This document shows positions 38,604 through 48,656 of a stretch of DNA of 64,000 nt, in pieces. The notes beneath the pieces were generated by a model. The model did no database searches, was not told the origin of the DNA, and saw only the letters and a program-made list of their open reading frames with translations. Both the position numbers and the translations under genes were made by a program. Within the stretch, counting starts at the first letter, position 1. Every line of letters starts with the position of its first letter. Source of the stretch: an uncultured Bacilli bacterium (GTDB lineage: Bacteria; Bacillota_I; Bacilli_A; RF39; UBA660); NCBI GenBank assembly GCA_934086955.1, contig CAKOIN010000004.1:46719-110718 (forward strand), given 5' to 3'.

Positions 38604-39719
38604 CTACTTATAAACCTTATAAGCATTACCTTCATTTTCTATTATCGTAACTCCAATACTCTTAGAAAATTCAATAGTACTGTTATAATTAGACACCTTA
38701 TCATGTTTAAAATAAACATAATCAACAACATTCCTTAGTTTATAACTTTTGCTTTCAACAGTGTTAAAATCATATACACCTAACTTAAATCCAAAATTTT
38801 TAAGTTCTTTAACCTTAACATCTCTACTTATAAATTCCTTATATGGAACTAAAAATACAATGTTTTTAATAGTTTTAGGTTCAACAATATTACACATTTT
38901 AGTAACATTAGTCATAAGCCTAAAGAAGTTCTCTGGAAGCTTTATAAAATACAATGTGTTAGCCTTATTATCAAAATAATTTTTAATAATTTCAAAAGAT
39001 GTATGTTCTGCTTCAATATACTTAAAATCTTCAGCAAAACCATATTTAACAAAAGCATCAAAAGCATGAGATTCATCTATTCCTTCAAAATATTTTTTAT
39101 CGAAATTAACTTTAGATATAAATAGATTAGTATTATCTATTTTACCCATATAATCATAATAAACTTTTAAAGGACTTTTAGAAAGAGTATTTAAACATTT
39201 CTTACTAGCATTAACACTTTTAGTAATGTTCTTCATAATCTTCAAATAATTATCATTAAATAACTTTTTAGATTCATCATCAAATAGATAATCATTTTTC
39301 TTTTCTAATATCTTAATAGCAGTATAATAATCAACCTTAGGAACAGTAAGTGAATTAGTTAATTCTTCTAACATAATACATAAAAGCATCATTTTAGCAA
39401 CTAAATAATACCATTCAAATTCCACAGGATTATTAATAATATCTAAATAATCAATAACAGTTTCAAAAAATATTAAAAGCATTCTTTTTATTACGATATT
39501 ATCAACATCATACTTATTAAAAATATCCTCATACTCATTTAAAGCGGTAGTTATATCCCTTTTACCAAATATAAAATATTCATAAAATTTATCAACACAA
39601 ATTTCAAAATCTTCTATATTCTTAGGATAGGGTTTTAATTCCTTAGAAATAAGTACATCTACATTTTTAAGAATGCATTTAGCTTTTTGTTTCAAAAAAA
39701 CATTTGCTAAGCACCTCAT
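38604..39719 (-). CDS. Cytoplasmic protein with a C-terminal degenerate EAL-like domain (candidate c-di-GMP-related regulator)
   Basis: 'GFKLGVYDFNTVESKSYKLRNVVDYVYFKHD' aligns to the EAL pattern G..laiDDFGtGySsl..L..l.vD.lKiD, and 'IGVTIIENEG' to 'vvAEGVE'; strong AAGGAGG RBS. Confidence 0.4.
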   Translation of the reverse strand: MRCLANVFLKQKAKCILKNVDVLISKELKPYPKNIEDFEICVDKFYEYFIFGKRDITTALNEYEDIFNKYDVDNIVIKRMLLIFFETVIDYLDIINNPVEFEWYYLVAKMMLLCIMLEELTNSLTVPKVDYYTAIKILEKKNDYLFDDESKKLFNDNYLKIMKNITKSVNASKKCLNTLSKSPLKVYYDYMGKIDNTNLFISKVNFDKKYFEGIDESHAFDAFVKYGFAEDFKYIEAEHTSFEIIKNYFDNKANTLYFIKLPENFFRLMTNVTKMCNIVEPKTIKNIVFLVPYKEFISRDVKVKELKNFGFKLGVYDFNTVESKSYKLRNVVDYVYFKHDKVSNYNSTIEFSKSIGVTIIENEGNAYKVYK

Positions 39720-39836
39720 TACATCCTCCTTACCTTCACATTATACAAATTAATTATATAATGTCTTTTAAAATAATTCAATATAAAATAACAAAATATT
39801 AATCTTTGAATATATTAAATATGAAAGCGAGGATAT

Positions 39837-40820
39837 ATGAAAAAAATATTTTTAACTATTTTCTCATTAATAGCAATAATTATTCTAAGTATAATAATAG
39901 GAATAAGAGAAAAAGATAGTAGAAATGATAAATTAGTTGTTTCAGAGGTAACACATTCAGTTTTCTATACACCATGGTATGTATCAATTGAAAAAGGATA
40001 TTTTAAAGACAACAATATTGATCTAGAAGTTATTCTTACCCCAGGAGCAGATAAAGTTGCAACTGCTGTTTTAAGTAACGATGTTAATATTGGTTTTTCT
40101 GGCCCAGAAGCTACAGTTTACATCTATAATAATTCTAAAGAAAAGCTTCTAACATTCGCATCTTTAACAAAAAGAGATGGACAATTTATAGTTGGAGATT
40201 GTAAACTAAAAGATAACTTTACACTTAATGATTTAAAAGGCAAAAAAGTTTTAGCCGGAAGAAGCGGCGGTATGCCTTTATTAATGTTTAAATATGCACT
40301 TAAAGAAAATGGACTAAATGAAAATGATGTAATAATTGATTCAAGTGTAGAATTTTCTGCATTAACTGGTGCTTATATAAGTGGTCAAGGTGACTTTGTA
40401 AATCTATTCGAACCAAATGCATTAAATCTAGAAAAACAAGGTTATGGCTGCCCCCTTACATCACTTGGTAACTTATCAGGAACAGTACCATATACAGCAT
40501 TCTATGCAAAAGAAGAGTTTATTAATAATAATAAAGACTTAATAAAAAGATTTAATAATGCATTAAACAAAGGAATAAAATTCACAAAAGAAAATGATTC
40601 AGAAACAATCGCAAAAGCAATAATAAATCAATTCCCAGATACAAGTTTAAAAGATTTAACTACACTTGTTGATAGATATAAAACTGCAGACTCATGGTAT
40701 GATTCAACATTTGTTAATAATAAAGATTATGACAAATTAATGGATATACTTTATTATGGAAAACTTATAGAAAATAAACTAGATTCTAATATTTTAATAA
40801 CAAATGAATTCAACAAATAA
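39837..40820 (+). CDS. ABC transporter substrate-binding protein, NitT/TauT (NMT1/SsuA-like) family
   Basis: N-terminal anchor/signal; 'LAGRSGGMPLLMFKYALKENGL' region typical of the SsuA/NMT1 fold; GAGGA RBS. Confidence 0.65.
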   Translation: MKKIFLTIFSLIAIIILSIIIGIREKDSRNDKLVVSEVTHSVFYTPWYVSIEKGYFKDNNIDLEVILTPGADKVATAVLSNDVNIGFSGPEATVYIYNNSKEKLLTFASLTKRDGQFIVGDCKLKDNFTLNDLKGKKVLAGRSGGMPLLMFKYALKENGLNENDVIIDSSVEFSALTGAYISGQGDFVNLFEPNALNLEKQGYGCPLTSLGNLSGTVPYTAFYAKEEFINNNKDLIKRFNNALNKGIKFTKENDSETIAKAIINQFPDTSLKDLTTLVDRYKTADSWYDSTFVNNKDYDKLMDILYYGKLIENKLDSNILITNEFNK

Positions 40821-41556
40821 ATTATTAACACTTAAAAATATATCAAAAACATATCACTCAATAAAAGGAGAAACAACAGCAATAAAAGATATATCATTTG
40901 ATTTATATAATAATGAATTTGTAGGTATAATTGGTCCTTCCGGATGTGGTAAAAGTTCAATATTAAATATAATATCAGGTTTAGATAATGAATACTCTGG
41001 AACTATATCTATAAAAGATAATGTATCAATCGGATATATGCTTCAAGATGCTTGTTTATTTCCTTGGCTAACAATATATGAAAATTCAATATTAGGTTTA
41101 AAAATATCAAGGAAGTTAAATAATGATAGTAAAAACTTCACAATAAACTTATTAAAAAAATATGGTCTATATGATTTTAAAGATAAATATCCAAATGAAC
41201 TATCAGGTGGTATGAAACAAAGATTAGCACTTATTAGAACACTTGCCTGTAACCCAGATATTCTCTTACTAGATGAGCCTTTCGGAGCATTAGACTATCA
41301 AACAAGATTAAAAGTAAGTAACGATGTTTATAACATTATAAAAGAAGAACAAAAAACAGTTCTAATCGTAACACATGATATTTCAGAAGCTATATCTATG
41401 TGTGACAAAATAATAGTACTATCAAATAGACCAGCCATAATCAAAAATATACATAATATTGTATTAGAAAATAAAAAAGGTCCAATAGAAAATAGAAAAG
41501 ACCCATTATTTAGAGAATATTATGACATAATATGGAAGGAAATAGATAATGAGTAA
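40804..41556 (+). CDS. ABC transporter ATP-binding protein (SsuB/TauB-like)
   Basis: 'GPSGCGKSS' Walker A, 'LSGGMKQRLALIR' signature, 'ILLLDEPFGALD' Walker B. Confidence 0.8.
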   Translation: MNSTNKLLTLKNISKTYHSIKGETTAIKDISFDLYNNEFVGIIGPSGCGKSSILNIISGLDNEYSGTISIKDNVSIGYMLQDACLFPWLTIYENSILGLKISRKLNNDSKNFTINLLKKYGLYDFKDKYPNELSGGMKQRLALIRTLACNPDILLLDEPFGALDYQTRLKVSNDVYNIIKEEQKTVLIVTHDISEAISMCDKIIVLSNRPAIIKNIHNIVLENKKGPIENRKDPLFREYYDIIWKEIDNE

Positions 41557-42322
41557 TGAACAAAAACAATATTTAAAAAATATTAAAAAACAAAAAATAA
41601 AAATAATATTTACTCAAATACTAATATTCATACTATTTATAACATTATGGCAAATATTTGCTAATAAAAATATTATTAATACCTTCATCACCAGCTCACC
41701 TAAACAAATCTTTATAACTATTAAAAACCTTTATATTCAAAATAACTTATTTCCACATATACTCATTACTATAAAAGAAACAATCATTTCATTTGTATTA
41801 ACAAGTATACTATCAATAATAATATCAATATTACTTTATAATCACAATTTCATAGCAAAAGTATTAGACCCTTATTTAACAATATTAAATAGTCTTCCAA
41901 AAGTAGCATTAGGTCCAATTATTATAATATGGATTGGTGCAAATACAAAAAGTATTATTTTAATGGCAATATTAATATCACTAATAGTAAGTATACAAAC
42001 TATATATAATGGTTTTATAAACACAGATAAATTAAAAATAAAATTATTAAAAACTTTTAATGCATCAAAAAAAGATATATTAATAAATGTCGTTTTAAAA
42101 GAAAATAAAAGTACAATACTAAATAGTTTTAAAATAAATATATCAATGTGTTTAATAGGTGTTATTATGGGAGAATTTTTAACATCAAAAGCTGGAATCG
42201 GATATCTTATTCTTTATGGTTCACAAGTATTTAATCTAAATCTTGTAATGAGTGGAATTTTTATATTAACAATAATTTCAATAATTATGTATAAATTAAT
42301 ATCAAAAAATACAGATAAATAA
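41549..42322 (+). CDS. ABC transporter permease (binding-protein-dependent inner-membrane component)
   Basis: Six predicted TM helices; overlaps the ATPase gene; same operon as the SBP and ATPase. Confidence 0.7.
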   Translation: MSNEQKQYLKNIKKQKIKIIFTQILIFILFITLWQIFANKNIINTFITSSPKQIFITIKNLYIQNNLFPHILITIKETIISFVLTSILSIIISILLYNHNFIAKVLDPYLTILNSLPKVALGPIIIIWIGANTKSIILMAILISLIVSIQTIYNGFINTDKLKIKLLKTFNASKKDILINVVLKENKSTILNSFKINISMCLIGVIMGEFLTSKAGIGYLILYGSQVFNLNLVMSGIFILTIISIIMYKLISKNTDK

Positions 42323-42395
42323 TTTCTGTATTTTTATATAGTTAAAACTAATTATCATCATTATAATGAATTAATATAATAATATAGGAGGAAAT

Positions 42396-43070
42396 ATGAG
42401 TAATAATTGTAAATTAATGCCACCAATATATACATGTTATGGACCTACTGGTCCTACTGGGCCTACAGGACCAAGTGGAGGAGCTACTGGACCAACTGGA
42501 CCAACAGGTGCAACGGGACCAACAGGACCTACAGGACCACAAGGTCTACAAGGAATTCAAGGAGTTGCCGGAGCAACAGGTGCAACAGGACCTACTGGAC
42601 CAACAGGTGCAACGGGACCAACTGGACCACAAGGATTACAAGGAATTCAAGGAATTGCCGGAGCAACAGGTGCAACAGGACCTACTGGGCCTACAGGCAC
42701 AACAGGACCAACTGGACCTACAGGACCACAAGGTCTACAAGGAATTCAAGGAATTGCCGGAGCAACAGGTGCAACAGGACCTACTGGGCCTACAGGCACA
42801 ACAGGACCAACTGGACCTACAGGACCACAAGGTCTACAAGGAATTCAAGGAGTTGCCGGAGCAACAGGTGCAACAGGACCTACTGGGCCTACAGGGCCAA
42901 CAGGCGAAACAGGACCTGCAGGAGCCGCTGGCGAAACACCAGTAATAACTATCGGAACAGTAACTACTGGTGATCCAGGAACACAAGCACAAGCCAATAT
43001 AACAGGAGATGCTCCAAACTTTGTTTTAAACTTAACAATACCACAAGGACCTACTGGACCATCTGCCTAA
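42396..43070 (+). CDS. Collagen-like triple-helix repeat protein (BclA-like): Thr-rich G-X-T repeats with a globular C-terminal domain
   Basis: About 55 uninterrupted GXY triplets '[22 protein letters not shown]...'; AGGAGGA RBS; C-terminal '[30 protein letters not shown]'. Confidence 0.8.
   Translation: MSNNCKLMPPIYTCYGPTGPTGPTGPSGGATGPTGPTGATGPTGPTGPQGLQGIQGVAGATGATGPTGPTGATGPTGPQGLQGIQGIAGATGATGPTGPTGTTGPTGPTGPQGLQGIQGIAGATGATGPTGPTGTTGPTGPTGPQGLQGIQGVAGATGATGPTGPTGPTGETGPAGAAGETPVITIGTVTTGDPGTQAQANITGDAPNFVLNLTIPQGPTGPSA
42440..42910 (+). repeat. 9-nt (GXY) coding repeats with a higher-order ~117-nt unit inside the collagen-like gene
   Basis: Direct reading: 'ggaccaactggacctacaggaccacaaggtctacaaggaattcaagga...' recurs about four times. 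Confidence 0.8.
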
Positions 43071-43072
43071 TA

Positions 43073-44140
43073 ATGAAAAAATATAAAATATGTGTTTATG
43101 CAATATGCAAAAATGAAGAAAAATTTATTGAAAGATGGTATAAAAGTATAAAAGAAGCAGATTATATAGTAGTATTAGATACAGGTTCTACTGATAATTC
43201 AATCAAAAAGTTCAAAGAATTAGGAATAAAGTATGAAACAAAAACAATAAATCCTTGGAGATTTGATATAGCAAGAAATGAATCATTAAAACTAATACCA
43301 GAAGATACAGATATATGTATTTGTTTAGATTTAGATGAAATAATGCTACCAGGATGGAAAAATGAATTATTAAAACTATGGAATAACAATATAACAAGAA
43401 TTAAATATTTATATAATTGGAAACTAGATGAAAATAATAAACCATTAATTAGTTTTTATGCAAATAAAATACATAAAAATAAATATTATAAATGGACTCA
43501 TCCAGTTCATGAAATATTAAGTACAGATATAAATGAAAACATAATTCAAACAGATAAAATAATAATAAATCACTATCCTGATAACAATAAATCAAGAAGT
43601 TCATACCTTAAATTATTAGAACTTTCAGTAAAAGAAGATCCAAATGATGATAGAAATATGCACTATCTTGGAAGAGAATATATGTATTATAAAAAATGGA
43701 ATAAATGCATAGATACATTAATAAAACATTTAAGTTTAAAATCATCAACATGGAAAGATGAAAGAGCTGCTTCAATGAGATACATTGCTAGAAGTTATAT
43801 AGCATTAAAAAGATATGAAGAAGCTAAGATGTGGTATAAACTTGGTATAAAAGAAGCACCCTATTTAAAAGAATCATATATTGAATTAATGATATTATAT
43901 TATAATTTAAAAGAATATAATGAAGCAATTAAATATGGTAAGAAATCATTAAAAATCAAAAATAATAATCTTACTTATATAAATGAAATATTTTCAAAAG
44001 ATGAAACAGTTGATGACATACTAAGTATTTGTTATTATTATATAGGTAACAAAAAAGAAGGTTTAAAACATATTAAAAAAGCATTAAAAATTAATCCTAA
44101 TAATAAAAGAATAATAGAAAATAAAAAGTTTTTTGAATAA
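43073..44140 (+). CDS. Glycosyltransferase family 2-like N-terminal domain fused to TPR repeats (SgtA-like; candidate collagen-like protein glycosyltransferase)
   Basis: 'KICVYAICKNEEKFIERWYKSIKEADYIVVLDTGSTD' is the GT2 DXD-type N-terminus; TPR-like C-terminus; starts 2 nt after the collagen-like gene. Confidence 0.55.
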   Translation: MKKYKICVYAICKNEEKFIERWYKSIKEADYIVVLDTGSTDNSIKKFKELGIKYETKTINPWRFDIARNESLKLIPEDTDICICLDLDEIMLPGWKNELLKLWNNNITRIKYLYNWKLDENNKPLISFYANKIHKNKYYKWTHPVHEILSTDINENIIQTDKIIINHYPDNNKSRSSYLKLLELSVKEDPNDDRNMHYLGREYMYYKKWNKCIDTLIKHLSLKSSTWKDERAASMRYIARSYIALKRYEEAKMWYKLGIKEAPYLKESYIELMILYYNLKEYNEAIKYGKKSLKIKNNNLTYINEIFSKDETVDDILSICYYYIGNKKEGLKHIKKALKINPNNKRIIENKKFFE

Positions 44141-44160
44141 AAATCAAAAAACTTTTTTAT
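44127..44160. terminator. Bidirectional terminator between the convergent GT2-TPR gene and the third SipW-like gene
   Basis: 10-bp stem agttttttga / tcaaaaaact with loop ataaaaa, then TTTTTAT; the stop codon TAA sits in the loop. Confidence 0.55.
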
Positions 44161-44771
44161 ATATTACCATGTTGATTTTCTAAACTTAATAATTTACTTT
44201 TAAGTAAAAATAATCTAAATATTTTATAAACATCATAAGATATTATTGCAAGAGCTGGTATTAATATTGCAACTAACCAACCACTTTTTGAAGCTAAAAA
44301 AAATTGAATTCTTCCAAGTTGTGGTATTTTAAAATATACTTTACCAACTACATTACTTGGTTTTACTTTTTCATCATCGGCTTTAGCATTCGCATCACCT
44401 TGAACCATGAATAATCTTCCTGTATCTGGTGAATCTATAACTTTAACTATTCTATGTGTTATAGGTGTTCCGCCAAAGAAAGTATTCTCTGAATAAAAAG
44501 TAATAATATCTCCTTCTTTTAAAGTATCAGTATTAACTCGTTTTACAAATGCAACATCATATACATTAATAGTTCCAGTCATACTTGGACTAATTATAGT
44601 AAACAATCCAAACATAGGAGTTTTACCCCTACTCTTACATACTTTACCATCAATAACATAAAATACTAAAAACGAACCAATAATCATTAATATAGCTATT
44701 AGTGTATAACTAAATATATTAGAAATCATATGCAAAGTTCTTTTTCTTTTAAGCTTTTTATCCTCTTCCAT
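44157..44771 (-). CDS. Signal peptidase I-like protein (third, divergent SipW-like paralog)
   Basis: 'FTIISPSMTGTINVYDVAFVKR' Ser box; N-terminal and C-terminal TM helices; AGGTGAAG RBS; upstream of two SipW-cognate substrates. Confidence 0.55.
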   Translation of the reverse strand: MEEDKKLKRKRTLHMISNIFSYTLIAILMIIGSFLVFYVIDGKVCKSRGKTPMFGLFTIISPSMTGTINVYDVAFVKRVNTDTLKEGDIITFYSENTFFGGTPITHRIVKVIDSPDTGRLFMVQGDANAKADDEKVKPSNVVGKVYFKIPQLGRIQFFLASKSGWLVAILIPALAIISYDVYKIFRLFLLKSKLLSLENQHGNI

Positions 44772-44781
44772 AATACTTCAC

Positions 44782-45339
44782 CTATTCGTAATCCTTTTCT
44801 ACAACTATTTTAGCTATAAAAGTTTTACCAGATAAATAATTCTGATTTTGATTATTTTCTTTTAGTTTTATAGTTAATTTATATTCATGCATTGTCTCAG
44901 GTGTTATTATACCTTTACCTATTAAAGAAGTTTCAACAGGAACTAAAGTTTCATTAACTTCAATCACCGTATTATTAGAACTATTCTTATTAGATTTTCC
45001 AGTAATAGAATAAACAAAATTTTCATCAACTTTATCTATTAAAGGACTTTCTATTTCTAATTTTATTTTATATTTACCAACTGTATCTGTACTATAATTT
45101 TCAATTGAAAAATCAAGTGAAGTTTCAAAACCTGGTTCAATATTAGCTGCATTAATTTCGTTCTTCTCTGCATATCTCATTAACATATTAGCAGTTTTAA
45201 TAACAACCCTAGATTCGTCACCATTTTTAATTTTCTTAACATAGTAAGCATATGAAGTTCCAATAAGCATAGTAAACAAAACTATCAAAACAAGTAAATA
45301 AATAATAGTATTACATTTATTAACATACTTACCCTCCAT
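44782..45339 (-). CDS. TasA-like secreted protein (SipW-cognate signal)
   Basis: 'LIGTSYAYYVKKIKNG'; GGAGGA RBS; C-terminus 'YKLTIKLKENNQNQNYLSGKTFIAKIVV' shared with 45468 and 48657. Confidence 0.55.
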   Translation of the reverse strand: MEGKYVNKCNTIIYLLVLIVLFTMLIGTSYAYYVKKIKNGDESRVVIKTANMLMRYAEKNEINAANIEPGFETSLDFSIENYSTDTVGKYKIKLEIESPLIDKVDENFVYSITGKSNKNSSNNTVIEVNETLVPVETSLIGKGIITPETMHEYKLTIKLKENNQNQNYLSGKTFIAKIVVEKDYE

Positions 45340-45429
45340 AAACTATCCTCCATACTAATAATATGATAACAAAAATATTAAAAATATACAATAATTCAAA
45401 TAAAAAAGAATAAAATTTAACATTTTATT

Positions 45430-45463
45430 CTCATAAAATAAAAAGTAGTTTTAAACTACTTTT
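45430..45463 (-). terminator. Terminator after TasA-like gene 45468..46061
   Basis: aaaagtagttt-t-aaactactttt palindrome, followed on minus by UAUUUUAUGAG. Confidence 0.5.
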
Positions 45464-45467
45464 ATAT

Positions 45468-46061
45468 TTATTCAGTAATACCTTGAATAGTATCTGTTTC
45501 TAATGCAACATTAATCTTTGCACCAAATTTAGCTCCTTGAGCAGCATTTTGATCAGAACCAGTTTCTTTAAAATGAATAGTATAAGTATAAGTATGCTTT
45601 TCATATCCATTTAAAACTCCGTGTCCTAAAATTTTACTTGCAGTAGGAACTTGTTCTTCTGGAATAGAAACTAAAGTACCAACATTACTTGTTTTATCAC
45701 TAACACCTGTTAAACTATGAACAAATGCATCGCCAGCAGCTGCTGATAAAGTGTTAACATCGATAACAAGACCAATCTTATAAGCAATGCTTTCTGTAGC
45801 TTCAGAATCAGTATTAGCTATAGTGAATGTTTTAGTATCTTGTGGATCATCTTCTGGTCTAACATTTGTCATATTGATTAAACTACCATCAGTATATTCT
45901 ACACTACCTAACTTAGCAGTAGTAACGATAATACTAGAAGCATTAGCATTTCCACTAACAGAGATACTGAACCATGCAAATGTTGCACCAACAATTGCTA
46001 CTAATAAAGTTGCAATTCCAATTACAGATAAGAATATTGTTTGACCCTTACTGTTATCCAT
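45468..46061 (-). CDS. TasA-like secreted protein (SipW-cognate signal)
   Basis: 'VAIVGATFAWFSISVSGNANASS'; strong AAGGAGGA RBS; own terminator. Confidence 0.65.
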   Translation of the reverse strand: MDNSKGQTIFLSVIGIATLLVAIVGATFAWFSISVSGNANASSIIVTTAKLGSVEYTDGSLINMTNVRPEDDPQDTKTFTIANTDSEATESIAYKIGLVIDVNTLSAAAGDAFVHSLTGVSDKTSNVGTLVSIPEEQVPTASKILGHGVLNGYEKHTYTYTIHFKETGSDQNAAQGAKFGAKINVALETDTIQGITE

Positions 46062-46157
46062 TTTCGTATCCTCCTTTTATGATATAATCATAACATTATT
46101 TTTTTTATAATTCAATTATTTTTATAAAATTTATGATAAAATATCTTTGTGATAAAC

Positions 46158-48653
46158 ATGAAAAATAAAATTAAAAAAAACATACCAGAACTATTATCAT
46201 TCGTAATTCCAATATTAATAATGTTAATAGCTTGTTTAATAAGTAAAACTTATCCTCTAGGTGAACAAGCACTTTCAAAATATGATGGATACTACCAATA
46301 CATTGGCTTTACAAATTATTACAAAACAGTATTATTAGGAAAAAATAGTTTATTTTATTCATTTAAAGGTTTATTAGGATTTAACTTCTATGCTACTGCT
46401 ATATATTATTTATTTAATCCAACTAACCTACTTTGTATATTTAGTACTAATAACACTATATTAGAATATTATACCTTAATAATATTTTTAAGAATTGGTC
46501 TTTCAGGATTTACAATGTGTAAATATATTAAATATAAATATCCTAAACAATCTAATATAACATACATAATATTTAGTATCACTTATGCATTAATGGCTTA
46601 TAATGTAACATATTATTTTAATTATATGTTCTTTGATACAATAGTTTTATTTCCAATAACTATGTTAGGTCTTCAAAAACTAATAGATAAAAATGATAAC
46701 AGGCTTTATATAATATCTTTAACCCTATCAATACTGTCTAATTATTATATAGGATATATGGTATGTATATTCTCATTATTATATTTTATATATCAATCTT
46801 ATATTTATAAAAAAGATAAAAAAACAATTAAAAATTTTATAATATCAAGTTTATTATCAGGATTTATTTGTTCAATAATATTAATACCAGAAGCATTAGA
46901 ACTATTAGAGGGAAAAGCTTTATTATACAAAAGTGCTGATCAAACAGACTATTTCAAATTCAATTTAAATTTTTTAAATATATTTTATAAAGCATTTCCA
47001 GGAACAATAAATAATTATGATCTTAAATATGGTATGGTTAATATATATATTTCAATGTTAGTTATAGTTTTAGACATAAAATATTTCTTTAATAAGAAAA
47101 TTACTAAAAGAGAAAAGAAAGCAACAGCTATATTTATATTATTCTTCTTATTAAGTATTAGTTTTAATTTAATTGATTATGCATGGCAATTATTTCAAAG
47201 ACCAATATGGTATCCTAATAGATATATTTTTACATTTTCATTTTTATTGATAGTGATAGCTATAAAAGAACTTATAAACATAGAAAATAAGACTAATATA
47301 AAAAGAAATATATTATTAATACTTATATACATTTTATTAACAATTTATCCAATGTTAACAAGTAATGCAAATAACAATATAGTTAAAATAATAGCTTATA
47401 CACTTGGAATATTATTATTAATACAAAATACATTCTTTTTAAATAATAAAAATGCTAAATATCTTATAATATTATTATTCTTTATAGAAATAATATTTAA
47501 TACAATCATAACAATAAAATCAATGCCATTTTCTACAACAATAGAATATTATAAATTAAATAATGATTTAAATGAAAAAGCTGTTAATGAAATCAAAAAA
47601 CTAGAAAACAAAGATAGTTTTTATAGAATGGAAATAAACTCTAATGATATAAATAATACTGGACTTATTTATAACTATAATGGTATTAATCATTTTAATT
47701 CTATAAGAAATGGTAGAATAATAACTTTCTTTAAAAGATTTAATTATAAAACTAATAGTGATGCAAGTGTAACATTTGATAATTATAATCCATATATAAC
47801 ATCACTACTAGGAATAAAGTATATTAATGGAAGTAATAATGAATTTTATTATAAAAATATATATAATACTAATCCATATATCTATTTAAACAATGATTAT
47901 CTTAGCCTAGGATATATGATTAATTATAATGATATAAAATTCACTAACAGTAGTTATAAAAACACAGAATTATTAGTAAATTCAATGTTAAATAAAAATG
48001 AAAATATATATGAAATTGAAAAAATAAAACTACATAAAATAAATATAATTAATCAAAATAATACAAAATATATAAAACCCGAATCAGATACAGAGTCATA
48101 TATAGAAATATCTAATAAAGCAAAACAAGATATATTTCTTATACCTAATAAAAATATAACATATGAATTTGACTACAAAGTTTATATAAATAGCAAAGAA
48201 ATAAAAAATGCTTCATCAAAAAAATTTCCATTATTTATTAAAAAAGACGATAATTATAAAATAATAATGAAAACAAGTATAGCAAAACTTGAATATAATA
48301 ATACAAATTGGTATAAAATTGATTATGATAAATATATTAACTTTATTAATGAACTTAAAAAAAATCAATTAAAAATTACTAAATATAACAAAGATAATAA
48401 TATTGAAGGAAATATAATTGTTAATGAAAGAAAAACATTATTGTTAACAATTCCATATAACAAAGGATGGAATATAAAAGTTGATAATAAAAAAGTAGAA
48501 TATAAATCATGTTATGATACATTTATATGTTTAGATCTACAAGAAGGTAAACATAATATTAAATTAAATTATATACCAAGAGGTTTTATAATAGGTTCAA
48601 TCATCTCATTAGTTACATTAATTATTTCAATAATTTATATAAGAAAAAAATAA
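46158..48653 (+). CDS. YfhO-family polytopic membrane protein (putative glycosyl-transfer/glycopolymer modification)
   Basis: N-terminus 'KTYPLGEQALSKYDGYYQYIGFTNYYK...LFYSFKGLLGFNFYATAIYYLFNPTNLL' matches the YfhO N-terminal pattern (YPFG..QY..F..SFfYSFskgLGG..YYLlSP.NLL); 12+ TM helices. ATG start used instead of the ORF-track GTG. Confidence 0.6.
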   Translation: MKNKIKKNIPELLSFVIPILIMLIACLISKTYPLGEQALSKYDGYYQYIGFTNYYKTVLLGKNSLFYSFKGLLGFNFYATAIYYLFNPTNLLCIFSTNNTILEYYTLIIFLRIGLSGFTMCKYIKYKYPKQSNITYIIFSITYALMAYNVTYYFNYMFFDTIVLFPITMLGLQKLIDKNDNRLYIISLTLSILSNYYIGYMVCIFSLLYFIYQSYIYKKDKKTIKNFIISSLLSGFICSIILIPEALELLEGKALLYKSADQTDYFKFNLNFLNIFYKAFPGTINNYDLKYGMVNIYISMLVIVLDIKYFFNKKITKREKKATAIFILFFLLSISFNLIDYAWQLFQRPIWYPNRYIFTFSFLLIVIAIKELINIENKTNIKRNILLILIYILLTIYPMLTSNANNNIVKIIAYTLGILLLIQNTFFLNNKNAKYLIILLFFIEIIFNTIITIKSMPFSTTIEYYKLNNDLNEKAVNEIKKLENKDSFYRMEINSNDINNTGLIYNYNGINHFNSIRNGRIITFFKRFNYKTNSDASVTFDNYNPYITSLLGIKYINGSNNEFYYKNIYNTNPYIYLNNDYLSLGYMINYNDIKFTNSSYKNTELLVNSMLNKNENIYEIEKIKLHKINIINQNNTKYIKPESDTESYIEISNKAKQDIFLIPNKNITYEFDYKVYINSKEIKNASSKKFPLFIKKDDNYKIIMKTSIAKLEYNNTNWYKIDYDKYINFINELKKNQLKITKYNKDNNIEGNIIVNERKTLLLTIPYNKGWNIKVDNKKVEYKSCYDTFICLDLQEGKHNIKLNYIPRGFIIGSIISLVTLIISIIYIRKK

Positions 48654-48656
48654 TAG

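Noticed and set aside
42434-42973. ORF-track entries 42434..42973 and 42439..42945 (+) inside the collagen-like gene
   Set aside because: They are alternate reading frames of the GXY repeat DNA. The repeat keeps every frame open, and only the frame starting at 42396 has an RBS and encodes a G-X-Y collagen sequence.
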